Shown in pieces: positions 48,935 through 59,140 of a stretch of 64,000 nt of DNA (positions within the stretch are counted from its first letter, which is position 1; each line of letters begins with the position of its first letter). The position numbers and the translations under genes are program-made. This stretch comes from an uncultured SAR86 cluster bacterium (GTDB taxonomy: Bacteria > Pseudomonadota > Gammaproteobacteria > Magnimaribacterales > D2472): NCBI GenBank assembly GCA_902602595.1, contig CACKRJ010000006.1, positions 2,024-66,023 on the forward strand, read 5' to 3'. The notes under the pieces were generated by a model, which was given only the letters and a program-made list of their open reading frames with translations, did no database searches and was not told the DNA's origin.

Positions 48935-50857
48935 ATGGCGTTTATTTTTAATTAAATCCTCAACCACTCCGGGATCTGCTAAGGTCGATGTATCACCTAG
49001 ATTGTCAAATTCATCGCCTGCAACCTTTCTCAAAATCCTGCGCATTATTTTTCCAGATCTTGTCTTTGGAAGTCCTGGAGCCCATTGAATAAGATCAGGC
49101 TTTGCAATTGGACTTATTTCTTTTGCAACAAAGTTCTTTAACTCTGATATTAAACTTTCATTCTCCTCTTCTCCAATCATCAATGTCACGTATGCATAAA
49201 TGCCTTGACCTTTAATTGGATGCTCAAAACCTACAATTGCTGCCTCTGCAACTTTCTCATGCAATACCAAAGCGCTCTCTATTTCAGCTGTTCCAAGTCT
49301 ATGTCCTGAGACATTTAATACATCATCAACTCTGCCTGTAATCCAAAAGTATCCATCGCTATCTCTTTTCGCTCCATCACCAGTAAAATAAGCATTTTCA
49401 TAAGTTGAAAAATATGTATCAATCATTCTTTGATGATCTCCATAAACACTTCTTATTTGGCTAGGCCATGATTGAGTGATGATCAGATTTCCAGACGCCT
49501 CACCCTTTAAGACAACCCCATTTTCATCCACAATTTCAGGCTTCATCCCAAAAAATGGCAGAGTTGCTGATCCTGGTTTTGCTGGAGTGATTCCCGCAAT
49601 TGGAGAAATTAAAACAGAGCCTGTTTCTGTTTGCCACCAGGTATCAATAATGTGACATGCTTCATTGCCAACCACTTTAAAATACCATTCCCATGCTTCT
49701 GGATTAATTGGTTCGCCAACTGTTCCCAAAATACGGAGGCTTTTTCTGCTTGTTTTCAATACATGTTCATTACCTTGAGCCATAAGAGCTCTCAGAGCAG
49801 TTGGTGCCGTATAAAAGATAGATATTTGATATTTATCACAAATTTCCCAAAATCTTGATGGATTTGGATATGTCGGAATTCCTTCAAACATTAAAGTTGT
49901 GGCTCCATTAGATAATGGCCCATAGAGGATATAGGTATGACCGGTAATCCATCCAACATCCGCAGTGCACCAATATTTATCATTATCTTCATAAGCAAAA
50001 AGATATTTAAAGCTTAAATGCGCACCTAGTAAGTATCCTCCAGAAGTATGCATGACGCCTTTTGGTTTTCCCGTAGAGCCAGAGGTATATAAAATAAAAA
50101 ACGGATCCTCAGAATCCATTTGTTCGCATGGACAATCAATTGATGCTGAGGCAAACATTTCTTCATAATCTCTGTCTCTATCTGCCACCCAATCAATCAC
50201 CCCATTTGTTCTCTTAATCACTAAGCAATGAGCTACTTTTGGACAATCTTGCAATGCGCTATCAACGTTTTTTTTAAGAGGGATTTTCTTGCCACCCCTT
50301 ATGGCTTCATCTGCTGTAATAACTATGCTGCAATCTGCATCTAAAATTCTGTCCTTGAGGGACTCCGGAGAAAAGCCACCAAAAACAACGGAATGGACAG
50401 CACCAATTCTTGCGCATGCCAACATTGCGTAAGCTGCCTCTGGAATCATTGGCATATAAATACAAACCCTTGATCCTTTTGATGCCCCCAAATCTTTTAA
50501 AATATTTCCAAATTTGCAGACATTTTTATGCAAATCACTATAAGTAATTTCTTTGGATTCATTGGGGTCATCTCCTTCCCAGATAATCGCAGTTTTATTT
50601 GCATATAATGATAAATGCCTATCAATGCAGTTATAGGCGATATTAATTTTTCCACCTTCAAACCATTTTGAATCAGCAAACTTATTATTATGTACACTTG
50701 TAAAGGGCTTAAACCAAGCTAAGTTTTCCTCAGCTTGCTCCCCAAAGAAAGCTTGAGGGCTATCAATCGATTGATGATACATAGACCTGTATGCATCTAA
50801 ATTTTTTATAAATGGGTTAATAAGATTTTTAGGAGGAGAGTATTTTTTCTCAGCCAT
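48917..50857 (-). CDS. acs: Acetyl-CoA synthetase
   Basis: [40 protein letters not shown]. Confidence 0.97.
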   Translation of the reverse strand: MAEKKYSPPKNLINPFIKNLDAYRSMYHQSIDSPQAFFGEQAEENLAWFKPFTSVHNNKFADSKWFEGGKINIAYNCIDRHLSLYANKTAIIWEGDDPNESKEITYSDLHKNVCKFGNILKDLGASKGSRVCIYMPMIPEAAYAMLACARIGAVHSVVFGGFSPESLKDRILDADCSIVITADEAIRGGKKIPLKKNVDSALQDCPKVAHCLVIKRTNGVIDWVADRDRDYEEMFASASIDCPCEQMDSEDPFFILYTSGSTGKPKGVMHTSGGYLLGAHLSFKYLFAYEDNDKYWCTADVGWITGHTYILYGPLSNGATTLMFEGIPTYPNPSRFWEICDKYQISIFYTAPTALRALMAQGNEHVLKTSRKSLRILGTVGEPINPEAWEWYFKVVGNEACHIIDTWWQTETGSVLISPIAGITPAKPGSATLPFFGMKPEIVDENGVVLKGEASGNLIITQSWPSQIRSVYGDHQRMIDTYFSTYENAYFTGDGAKRDSDGYFWITGRVDDVLNVSGHRLGTAEIESALVLHEKVAEAAIVGFEHPIKGQGIYAYVTLMIGEEENESLISELKNFVAKEISPIAKPDLIQWAPGLPKTRSGKIMRRILRKVAGDEFDNLGDTSTLADPGVVEDLIKNKRHLKITN

Positions 50858-50872
50858 AGAAGTAATTAAGTT

Positions 50873-51538
50873 TTATAAGATAGAAGGTTGAGGATTAATA
50901 AAGTTTTTACCTCTTGGATCAGACATAATCTTATTGATCAGCATGTCATAGTCAGAACCACCGCTCTCAAGATCAATATCTGATGCATTGATAATTAATA
51001 AAGGAGCATTTTCAAAGTATAGAAAGAATTTTGAGTAGGCATCATTAAGTCTTTCTAAATAATCGATGGTTAAAAATTTTTCATCAGGATTCCCGCGTTT
51101 ATTAATTCTTTCGAGCAATACTTCTACAGGAGCTTGAAGATAAATCACTAAATCAGGTGAAGGGGCATCTAGGGTTAGATGTTCATATACTTTGTCATAC
51201 AGTCCCATTTCTTCCTCGGAAAGAGTAACCTCAGCAAATAATCTATCTTTTTGAATTAAAAAATCAGCAACACGCACGGGTTCAAATAAAGATCTTTGTT
51301 TTAAGTCCTCAATTTGCTGCATGCGTTGAAATAAGAAAAATAATTGAGTAGCTAGCGCAGACTGCTTTGGATTCCTGTAAAAGCCTTTAAGAAATGGATT
51401 TTCAGCTGGTTGCTCAAGAAATACATCGTAATTGAAAGTTTCGGCAATTTTATGTGCAAGTGTAGTCTTTCCCACGCCAATAGGACCTTCAATCGCAATA
51501 TATTTTGGAAGTGGAGCTTCCTGTAAAGCTGGTTCCAT
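50873..51538 (-). CDS. Deoxynucleoside kinase family
   Basis: IAIEGPIGVGKTT, NPFL..FY, TQLFFL..R, PDLVIYL. Confidence 0.9.
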   Translation of the reverse strand: MEPALQEAPLPKYIAIEGPIGVGKTTLAHKIAETFNYDVFLEQPAENPFLKGFYRNPKQSALATQLFFLFQRMQQIEDLKQRSLFEPVRVADFLIQKDRLFAEVTLSEEEMGLYDKVYEHLTLDAPSPDLVIYLQAPVEVLLERINKRGNPDEKFLTIDYLERLNDAYSKFFLYFENAPLLIINASDIDLESGGSDYDMLINKIMSDPRGKNFINPQPSIL

Positions 51539-51564
51539 AAGGTTTTTACTCTGTTTAGTAAAGA

Positions 51565-52845
51565 TTAGCTTAACTCTTCCAAGAAACCAAATTTTTTCTC
51601 TATTGGACCGCTTCGTGATTCCCTTAATGACTTAAGTAATTCAATTTTTCCTGGCCGGTTGACCTTCTGAAATTGAGTCCACCAGTTACCCATGCCTTGA
51701 TAATCATTTGCTGCCTCTTCCCTTAAGAGCAAAAAATCGTAGGCGGCTCTAAAGCGAGGATGATTTAAAATCTTATAAGGCTGGTGCCCTAAACGAGTTT
51801 CAAGTTTTAATTGTAGAGACCAAATATCTTTAATGTATCCATGGAATTTCCTAGGTACAGCAGTTAATACTTGTTGCTCCCTGATAATTCTATCCATATT
51901 TTTGAAAAACTTCCTCAGATTTAGACTCCCTTTTTCTTTTGATGCATCAATTAACCGTGGCCAAAGTAAAGCTGCTATAAGAAATCCTGGAGTCACAGAT
52001 TTAGATGCCTTTAATCTATTATCAGTATTAATTAATGCGGCATGTTGAAATCTTAAGCCAAATGAATTTTCAACGTGATTATCTGTGTTAATTAAATATT
52101 TTAAAATCCCGAATGAATGAAGCTTATTGAAATTATTAAGAGCTTTTTTTGTAAGAAAAATTTTACAGAACTCATCAAACATCCTTGCATTAGAAATATT
52201 TCCTAGCAAATGACCCTTTTGATAAATAGCATGTTTAACATCATTAGAAATTTTAAAATCTAGTTTTGAGCAGAATCGAATAGCACGCAAACTTCTTACA
52301 GGATCCTCTTCGAATCTAATCAGAGGATTGCCAATTGAGACGATAATTTTTTTTTGTATGTGTTGCAGCCCATTATGAAAATCACATAGGTGTTTTCCTA
52401 TAGGATCAAAATAAAGCGCATTAATGGAAAAGTCCCTTCTTTCACAGTCTTCTTCCAGAGTACCCCAGACATTGTCTCTAAGAATCTTTCCCTCAGAATC
52501 TTTGACAACGCTGGAGGTATTATCTTGGTTAGAGGTATTTGCTCTAAAAGTTGAGACTTCAATTAGCTCATTCTTGCTAAAAACATGGACTAAACGAAAT
52601 CTCTTACCAATAATTCTGGATGATCTAAAGATTTTTCTTATTTCTTCGGGAGTTGCGTTTGTTGATATATCAAAGTCTTTTGCTTTGATTCCAACCAGTG
52701 AATCACGGACACATCCACCAACAAGATATCCTTGAAAGCCAGATTGCTTTAATTTTTTAAGAATCTCAATTGCAAGAGGGCTAAACTTGACTTCCTTAAG
52801 TATTTTTGGAATTTTTAAAGTAGATATTTTATTTTTTCTATTCAA
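51565..52845 (-). CDS. pcnB: Poly(A) polymerase I
   Basis: VGGCVRD, KDFD, IIGKRFRLVHV signature, RRDFSINA, HPRFRAAYDFLLLR. Confidence 0.95.
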   Translation of the reverse strand: MNRKNKISTLKIPKILKEVKFSPLAIEILKKLKQSGFQGYLVGGCVRDSLVGIKAKDFDISTNATPEEIRKIFRSSRIIGKRFRLVHVFSKNELIEVSTFRANTSNQDNTSSVVKDSEGKILRDNVWGTLEEDCERRDFSINALYFDPIGKHLCDFHNGLQHIQKKIIVSIGNPLIRFEEDPVRSLRAIRFCSKLDFKISNDVKHAIYQKGHLLGNISNARMFDEFCKIFLTKKALNNFNKLHSFGILKYLINTDNHVENSFGLRFQHAALINTDNRLKASKSVTPGFLIAALLWPRLIDASKEKGSLNLRKFFKNMDRIIREQQVLTAVPRKFHGYIKDIWSLQLKLETRLGHQPYKILNHPRFRAAYDFLLLREEAANDYQGMGNWWTQFQKVNRPGKIELLKSLRESRSGPIEKKFGFLEELS

Positions 52846-52877
52846 AAGCTTATGAATAAAATTTTAGAGCTGGGTAG

Positions 52878-53438
52878 CTATCCACCAAGTTGTTTTTCTT
52901 TGATTTCATCAAGTGTCTTGCAATCAATACAATGAGTAGCTGTTGGACGAGCCTCAAGTCTCTTCACTCCTATTTCAATTCCACAAGCATAACAGTATCC
53001 ATAGTCATCTTGCTTAATTTGTTCTAAAGAGCTTGCAATTTTATTTATAAGCTTTCTTTCTCTATCTCTTGTTCTTAATTCAAAAGCAAATTCTTCCTCT
53101 TGTGAAGCTCTATCAATAGGGTCTGCAAATGACTCACCTTTATTTTTAAGGTGATCGAAAGTTTTTTGCATTTCTTCTCGTAAGTGTTCACGCCACTCAA
53201 TTAAGACAGAATTAAAGTGTTTTTTCATTGCGGCGCTCATGTATTTTTCACCTTTGCGACCCTTATAAGAGGATATTGGCGATGTTCTTTTCTTAGCAGC
53301 AACCTTTTTTGCTGGGCCTTTCTTAGCAGCAACCTTTTTTGCTGGAGCTTTCTTAGCAGCAACCTTTTTTGATGGAGCTTTCTTAGCAGCTATTTTTTTT
53401 TCACTAGATTTCTTTTTTGTATCTGCTTTTTTAGGCAT
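52878..53438 (-). CDS. dksA: RNA polymerase-binding factor DksA with Lys/Ala-rich N-terminal extension
   Basis: DPIDRASQEEEF, RDRERKLI, CYAC...RLEARP...CIDC. Confidence 0.96.
   Translation of the reverse strand: MPKKADTKKKSSEKKIAAKKAPSKKVAAKKAPAKKVAAKKGPAKKVAAKKRTSPISSYKGRKGEKYMSAAMKKHFNSVLIEWREHLREEMQKTFDHLKNKGESFADPIDRASQEEEFAFELRTRDRERKLINKIASSLEQIKQDDYGYCYACGIEIGVKRLEARPTATHCIDCKTLDEIKEKQLGG
53289..53400. repeat. 30-bp tandem repeat (about 3.7 copies) encoding AAKKAPAKKV-like units in dksA
   Basis: tttcttagcagcaaccttttttgctgg.. recurs at 53289, 53319, 53349 and partially at 53379. Confidence 0.92.
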
Positions 53439-53494
53439 TTTTAATTAGTAAAAGTTTTTAGGCGCATGAAATTATCAGAAAGCTGAGCAATAAG

Positions 53495-54499
53495 CTAGCT
53501 TTTTTTGTAATTATTTAGTACTTCTCTATAAGATTCATGGGTAAGTCTTGGTCCAAAAGTTTCTACAACCTTTGATGCTCCGTAATTTGCAAATTCAGCA
53601 CATGACTTCAAGTCTTGATCTTGAAGTAATGCAAACAAGAAGCTACCAGCAAACATATCTCCTGCACCATTGGTATCCACAGGATTGATGTTAACTTGTG
53701 GAGAATTTAGGATTTCATCTTTTGTAATCACAACGCTACCTTTTTCACCCATAGTAATTATTGAGGTATAGGATTTATCTTGCAATTTTATAAATGCTTT
53801 ATTCATATCTTCTTCATCAACGAAAGCCTTGGCCTCATCATCATTACCAAAAATATAGTCTAAGCCATATGATTCCAATTCTCGAAATCTATCCTTAAAA
53901 CCCATGACAATTCCAGGGTCAGATAATGACAATGCTATTTTCACATCAGGAAAGTTTTTAAGGTGATCAAGCGCCTTTAGGGTTACTTTGTAATTGTCTT
54001 CACTGGTAACCATGTAGCCTTCGATGTAAAAAATTCTTGAATTTGCGATCTGCTCTAAATCGAGGTCATCTTCGTTCATTAACGAACTCACATTTAATGC
54101 AGTGGTCATTGTCCTTTTAGCATCTGGAGTAACAAGTATTAGACATTTTCCAGAAGGAATAGAGTTTGCAGATGACATATTCCCTTTATGGCCAATCCCA
54201 GCCTCTTTGATACTATCAAGATATCTTATGCCGTCTTGGTCATCAGAAACTTTGCAAGTATGAAAACACTTAGCACCAAAACTTGATGCAGCAACAAGAC
54301 TATTAGTTGCTGATCCGCCACAGTCGGAAACTGTTTCCGCGCCAGAAGCAATTAGTCTCTCAATTATTGGCGCGTGTTCTTCAGCGCTGGATAGAGTCAT
54401 TTGGTCTATTTCTAATCCTAGCTCAGAGATAAGACTATGTTCAACTTTAAACACAGTATCAACAAGAGCATTTCCTATAGCACTTATATCATTTTTCAT
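53495..54499 (-). CDS. PfkB-family kinase (adenosine kinase-like)
   Basis: IGNALVD, GGSATN, LVTPDAKRTM, YIEGY, DTNGAGDMFAG. Confidence 0.88.
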   Translation of the reverse strand: MKNDISAIGNALVDTVFKVEHSLISELGLEIDQMTLSSAEEHAPIIERLIASGAETVSDCGGSATNSLVAASSFGAKCFHTCKVSDDQDGIRYLDSIKEAGIGHKGNMSSANSIPSGKCLILVTPDAKRTMTTALNVSSLMNEDDLDLEQIANSRIFYIEGYMVTSEDNYKVTLKALDHLKNFPDVKIALSLSDPGIVMGFKDRFRELESYGLDYIFGNDDEAKAFVDEEDMNKAFIKLQDKSYTSIITMGEKGSVVITKDEILNSPQVNINPVDTNGAGDMFAGSFLFALLQDQDLKSCAEFANYGASKVVETFGPRLTHESYREVLNNYKKS

Positions 54500-54501
54500 T
54501 T

Positions 54502-55785
54502 TTATAGTTCTTTGATTGCTTTTTCAATCTTACTTTTAGTTTCATCAATTATAGCCTGATCATGAGTTGAGGATATAAATCCAGCTTCAAATTTGGATGG
54601 AGCAAAGTATATTCCTTGGTTTAAGGCGGCATAGAAAAATTTTCTGAACATTTCATCATCAGTTTCTACAACATCTTGAAAATTCATTGGGAGACTTTCA
54701 CTAAAGAAAAAACCAAACATGCCACCAATAGAGGAGGTTGAAAATGGTATACCTTTATTATCCATTAGATTTTTTGTATGCAGCATTATTTCAGAGGAAG
54801 CTAGTTCTAATGCATCAAATGGATTTTCTTTAATTAAAGCATTTAGCAAGGCTATCCCAGCACTCATTGCAAGCGGATTTCCCGATAATGTTCCTGCTTG
54901 ATATATAGGACCGATTGGGGCAAGTTGATCCATAATAGGTTGTTTTCCCCCAAAAGATCCAACAGGTAGCCCCCCGCCTATTACTTTACCAAGAGCGGTT
55001 AGATCAGGCTTGATTTTATAAATAGCTTGAGCACCTCCAACTGCTACTCTAAAACCAGACATTACTTCGTCAAAAATAAGGAGAGATTCAAATTTATTAC
55101 ATAGTTCTCGCAAAGCTGAAAGAAATCTATGCTCTCCTGGAATGAATCCCATATTGCCTGCAATAGGCTCAACAATAATTGCAGCCAAATCATCACCAAT
55201 TTTATTTGTTACTTCTAATACAGCCTCTATATCGTTGTAAGGACAACTGTATGTGAGAGCTGCTAATTCTTTGGGTATTCCAGGAGAATCAGGTAAACCA
55301 AAAGTAGAAACACCTGAACCAGCTTTTACTAGTAAAGAATCCACGTGTCCATGATAACAACCAGTAAATTTAATAATTTTATTTCTGCCCGTGAAGCCTC
55401 TAGCTAATCTAATACAACTCATAGTTGCTTCCGTTCCAGAATTGACCATTCTTATTTTTTCCATAGATGGGACTTGACTCTTAATTATTCTTGCCAGCTC
55501 ACTTTCAAGACTTGTTGGAGCGCCGAAGCTTGTTCCAAGCTCAAGTTGAGCTTTTATGGCATCCAATACAGCTGGATTTGAATGTCCAAGTATCATAGGT
55601 CCCCAGGATCCAATGAAATCTATGTATTGATTATCATCTTCATCAATTAAAATTGGACCTTTAGCAGATTTAAAAAAAATAGGCTTGCCGTCAACATTTT
55701 TAAATGCTCTCACAGGTGAATTTACACCGCCTGGCATTAGTGTCTGAGCTTGCTCAAAGAGGGATTCTGATTTAATTCTTTTCAA
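54502..55785 (-). CDS. hemL: Glutamate-1-semialdehyde 2,1-aminomutase
   Basis: PGGVNSPVRAF, NSGTEATM, DEVMSGFR, GKVIGGG, GTLSGNP. Confidence 0.97.
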   Translation of the reverse strand: MKRIKSESLFEQAQTLMPGGVNSPVRAFKNVDGKPIFFKSAKGPILIDEDDNQYIDFIGSWGPMILGHSNPAVLDAIKAQLELGTSFGAPTSLESELARIIKSQVPSMEKIRMVNSGTEATMSCIRLARGFTGRNKIIKFTGCYHGHVDSLLVKAGSGVSTFGLPDSPGIPKELAALTYSCPYNDIEAVLEVTNKIGDDLAAIIVEPIAGNMGFIPGEHRFLSALRELCNKFESLLIFDEVMSGFRVAVGGAQAIYKIKPDLTALGKVIGGGLPVGSFGGKQPIMDQLAPIGPIYQAGTLSGNPLAMSAGIALLNALIKENPFDALELASSEIMLHTKNLMDNKGIPFSTSSIGGMFGFFFSESLPMNFQDVVETDDEMFRKFFYAALNQGIYFAPSKFEAGFISSTHDQAIIDETKSKIEKAIKEL

Positions 55786-55859
55786 AGGTATTTTTTTAAA
55801 TTAATTTTTATTTAATTTGTTTTTGTTATTAATTAATGTGCGCGTGAATGATATCAAAT

Positions 55860-56399
55860 TTAGTGAGACATTTTTCTTATTTCATGAGCAAATTCTTCAA
55901 CTTTATTCCAATCTGTAAATTCGTAAGTTTTTGATATGTCTGTAGGCCCATTTGTAATCCACATGATTAGTCTAATCATATATTTATCGAAAAATCGATA
56001 TTTTGGATAATCCACCTTGCCAGCAAAAACTGCTAATTTTTTTGGAGTCCAATCTGCAAGTGTTAAAAATTTTTTTATGTAAGGATTTTTTTCAGGTGTA
56101 TTTTTTTCTGGTTTTCTTGCGACTACGTTGACACTAAAAAATGAATTACTTGAACTCTCCAAGAAATCAATATTATTTTTTATGAAATCATATACGTCAT
56201 AAGAGTGTTTTCCATATCTTATACTTGCTCCAACAATTACATGTTCAAAACTTTTATCAAGCAATTCTAAATTTTCTTTTATGCTTTTTATTGATTGCAA
56301 ATCAACTATAAAAGTATCATCTAAAATACTTTTTATTTTTTCACATATCAATTTTGTTTGACCATCAGTAGTTGAGTAAGCAATAAGTATTCTTTTCAT
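55860..56399 (-). CDS. hemG: Protoporphyrinogen IX dehydrogenase, flavodoxin type
   Basis: YSTTDGQT, GASIRYG, FFSVNVVARKPEK, NPY, FAG...YP.Y, EFTDW. Confidence 0.92.
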   Translation of the reverse strand: MKRILIAYSTTDGQTKLICEKIKSILDDTFIVDLQSIKSIKENLELLDKSFEHVIVGASIRYGKHSYDVYDFIKNNIDFLESSSNSFFSVNVVARKPEKNTPEKNPYIKKFLTLADWTPKKLAVFAGKVDYPKYRFFDKYMIRLIMWITNGPTDISKTYEFTDWNKVEEFAHEIRKMSH

Positions 56400-56478
56400 A
56401 GTTGATATTTAAAATATTTTAACTTCTATAATACTAATCTTGAAAAATTAATTATGAATCCTATAGAATAATTATCAT

Positions 56479-56814
56479 ATGAATATCGAATCAACATCTA
56501 TTTCTGTTAGTTCTAGTGCAATAAAGCGAATTCAAGGGCTGTTGCCTGACCAACAATCAAACTTTTTTAGAGTTTATGTAACTGGAGGAGGTTGCTCTGG
56601 TTTTCAATATGGCTTTAAGTTTGATGATAATCCAGCAGGAGATGATGATATTTTAGATTTTGAAGGTTTTACTATTTTATTAGATTCGCTTTCTTACCCA
56701 TATCTTTATGGTGCAACTTTAGATTATGTTGAGGACCTTTCTGGCTCGAAATTTCTGATTACCAATCCTAATGCCAAAACCACATGTGGATGTGGTGAGT
56801 CATTCACTGTTTAG
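56479..56814 (+). CDS. erpA: Fe-S cluster insertion protein ErpA
   Basis: [30 protein letters not shown]. Confidence 0.93.
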   Translation: MNIESTSISVSSSAIKRIQGLLPDQQSNFFRVYVTGGGCSGFQYGFKFDDNPAGDDDILDFEGFTILLDSLSYPYLYGATLDYVEDLSGSKFLITNPNAKTTCGCGESFTV

Positions 56815-57898
56815 ATCTTGTAATCTTTCCAAGCAACCCCTTTTTATCTTTTACGCAAAGTGGATTATTATAAATTCTTTGCCTAGCCATCCATGCAAAA
56901 GCCATGGCCTCAATTGCTTGAGGGTTAAATCCAAATTCGCTGCTAGAGGCTAGGCTAATTTTTGAAAGTCTTTGGATTGAATTAACCAAAAATTTATTTT
57001 TAATTCCACCGCCGCATAGAATTACTTCGTTAGGCAATTTTTTTTGTGATTTTAGAGATTTTGCTATGCAAATGGCTGTTAACTCAGTTAGTGTCGCCAA
57101 AATATCATATGAAGATTTTTTCAATAGTTGTTTCGGAATAAACTTAATATTAAATACTTCTTTGCCAGTGGACTTCGGATGGCGTTTTTTGAAAAACTGA
57201 TGATCCAGCATTTTGTTTAATGAATGGCTGTGAACTTTTCCATTTTTAGCAAGTTCACCGTTTTTATCAAAGGGAAGATTTAGGAAGTTTTGACAGTAAG
57301 CATCCATCAACGCATTGCCAGGCCCACAGTCAGATCCATAAAAACTTTCCTTTCCATCAAGGAAGGTAAAATTTGATATTCCTCCAATATTTAATACAAC
57401 CAATGAAGACTTCCTTCTTGCAAATATATTCTGATGGAATTCGGGAACAAGTGGAGCACCTTCTCCACCAAGTTCTATATGATCATTTCTAAAATCACTA
57501 ACAACATCTAACCCACTTAGCATGGAAACTATTTTTGGGTCACCGGCTTGAATTGAAAATGGATATTTATTTTTAGGCGCATGGAATAAGGTCTGACCTG
57601 ACAAACCAATTGCCACAATTTCATTTTTCTTCATATAATTTTTTACAAGAAACTTATTAATTGATTCGCCAAAAGCGAAACCGATTTTTTTATCGATTTC
57701 AAAATACTTATTTAGGCTTAATTTCTGATTTTGAATGACATTTGATATATCTTTTCTTAATTTATCAGGATATTTATAGGAATTAAATTTTAATAATTCA
57801 AATTTTTTTTTATTGATATGTAATGCACAAACATCAATACCATCATGGCTGGTACCACTCATGGTTCCTATAAAAATTTTATCTAAAGAGGTTTTCAT
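56804..57898 (-). CDS. anmK: Anhydro-N-acetylmuramic acid kinase
   Basis: [43 protein letters not shown]. Confidence 0.95.
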   Translation of the reverse strand: MKTSLDKIFIGTMSGTSHDGIDVCALHINKKKFELLKFNSYKYPDKLRKDISNVIQNQKLSLNKYFEIDKKIGFAFGESINKFLVKNYMKKNEIVAIGLSGQTLFHAPKNKYPFSIQAGDPKIVSMLSGLDVVSDFRNDHIELGGEGAPLVPEFHQNIFARRKSSLVVLNIGGISNFTFLDGKESFYGSDCGPGNALMDAYCQNFLNLPFDKNGELAKNGKVHSHSLNKMLDHQFFKKRHPKSTGKEVFNIKFIPKQLLKKSSYDILATLTELTAICIAKSLKSQKKLPNEVILCGGGIKNKFLVNSIQRLSKISLASSSEFGFNPQAIEAMAFAWMARQRIYNNPLCVKDKKGLLGKITRSKQ

Positions 57899-59135
57899 TT
57901 GGATCTTTAGATAATAACTGATCTGCTAAATCTATGTAATTATTTCTTAATACTTGAAATTGATCCATGTTGGATTTATCGATTGGAGATGCTGAGGGAA
58001 GAGGCACCTTCAATGGATCTGTTCTTTTTTCTCCGATTCTAAATTCGTAATGTAAATGAGGAGCAGTTGCTAAACCTGAGTCACCTACATAACCTATGGT
58101 CTGACCCTGAGAAATTTTCATACCTTTAGAAATGCTGGGATGATATTTATCTAAATGAGCATATAAGGTTGTTATCTCACCTCCGTGACGAATAACGATT
58201 GTTCTTCCGTACCCGCTTTTCCATCCTGCAGATTGAATAACCCCTTCGCCGGTTGACCGAATTGGTGTTCCCCTTTTTGCTGCATAGTCAACCCCATTAT
58301 GAGCTCTGATAGTATTCAAGATCGGATGCCTTCTATTTGGGTTGAAATGTGAACTCACATATGCAAAATCTAGTGGCGCTCTCAAAAAAGCTTTCTCAAG
58401 ACTGCCACCATTCTCATTAAAGTATTCCCATTTTTTATTTTTGCCTTTATGTCTTATTGCTGTGTATCGATTATTTTGATTATAAAATTCTGCAAATAAA
58501 ATACTACCATTTTCTATTTGTTGACCGTCTACAAAGGGGGTTTCATAAAGGATTTTAAATCTATCACCAGCCCTGATATCAAAAACAAAATCAATATCCC
58601 AGCCAAAAATATAGGCCAGATCCATTATCACACTTTCAGGAATGTCATTATTTAATCCAGCCAAATAGAATGATGACTCTATTAATCCTGTTTTAAAAGA
58701 ATTTATAAGCTCTGGTTTTTTATCACTCCTTTTTATTATTATTTTTGGAGACAATTCAATATGATAAGAGAGCAGAGGCCCTTTATGAATATGAATTTCT
58801 TGCAGTTTTCCTCCTGTAGATAAAAACTCTAATCTATCATTTGGGAGAATATTTTTTATTTCATTGGATTTATCTTTTTTAAATATTTGGTAGGTGTTGT
58901 TCAAAGAAACTTTATATTTTTCGAATATCAGTGAGAGGTTTTCGCCTTTTTCAACAATATGAATGATCTTAGTTTGTATGCTGGAGGGATTGGGAGGTGG
59001 AAATAATATAGTGTTTGAAATTATCTCTGGTGAGACTGTTTCTTGCTCGACTCCTGCATCATAAATTAGAAAGATTCCAATTACTGCTAACAAAACAAAA
59101 GGTAAAGTTTTGGAGCTAGGTCTGGAGGTCCACAC
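57879..59135 (-). CDS. M23 family peptidoglycan DD-metalloendopeptidase (MepM-like)
   Basis: HNGVD, YAHL, GYVG.SG, PHLHYE; usual neighbour of anmK and tyrS. Confidence 0.92.
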   Translation of the reverse strand: MWTSRPSSKTLPFVLLAVIGIFLIYDAGVEQETVSPEIISNTILFPPPNPSSIQTKIIHIVEKGENLSLIFEKYKVSLNNTYQIFKKDKSNEIKNILPNDRLEFLSTGGKLQEIHIHKGPLLSYHIELSPKIIIKRSDKKPELINSFKTGLIESSFYLAGLNNDIPESVIMDLAYIFGWDIDFVFDIRAGDRFKILYETPFVDGQQIENGSILFAEFYNQNNRYTAIRHKGKNKKWEYFNENGGSLEKAFLRAPLDFAYVSSHFNPNRRHPILNTIRAHNGVDYAAKRGTPIRSTGEGVIQSAGWKSGYGRTIVIRHGGEITTLYAHLDKYHPSISKGMKISQGQTIGYVGDSGLATAPHLHYEFRIGEKRTDPLKVPLPSASPIDKSNMDQFQVLRNNYIDLADQLLSKDPNENLFR

Positions 59136-59140
59136 AATTT

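Noticed and set aside
53289-53400. Repeat array as a mini-CRISPR
   Set aside because: Contiguous in-frame repeats without unique spacers, inside dksA; no cas genes
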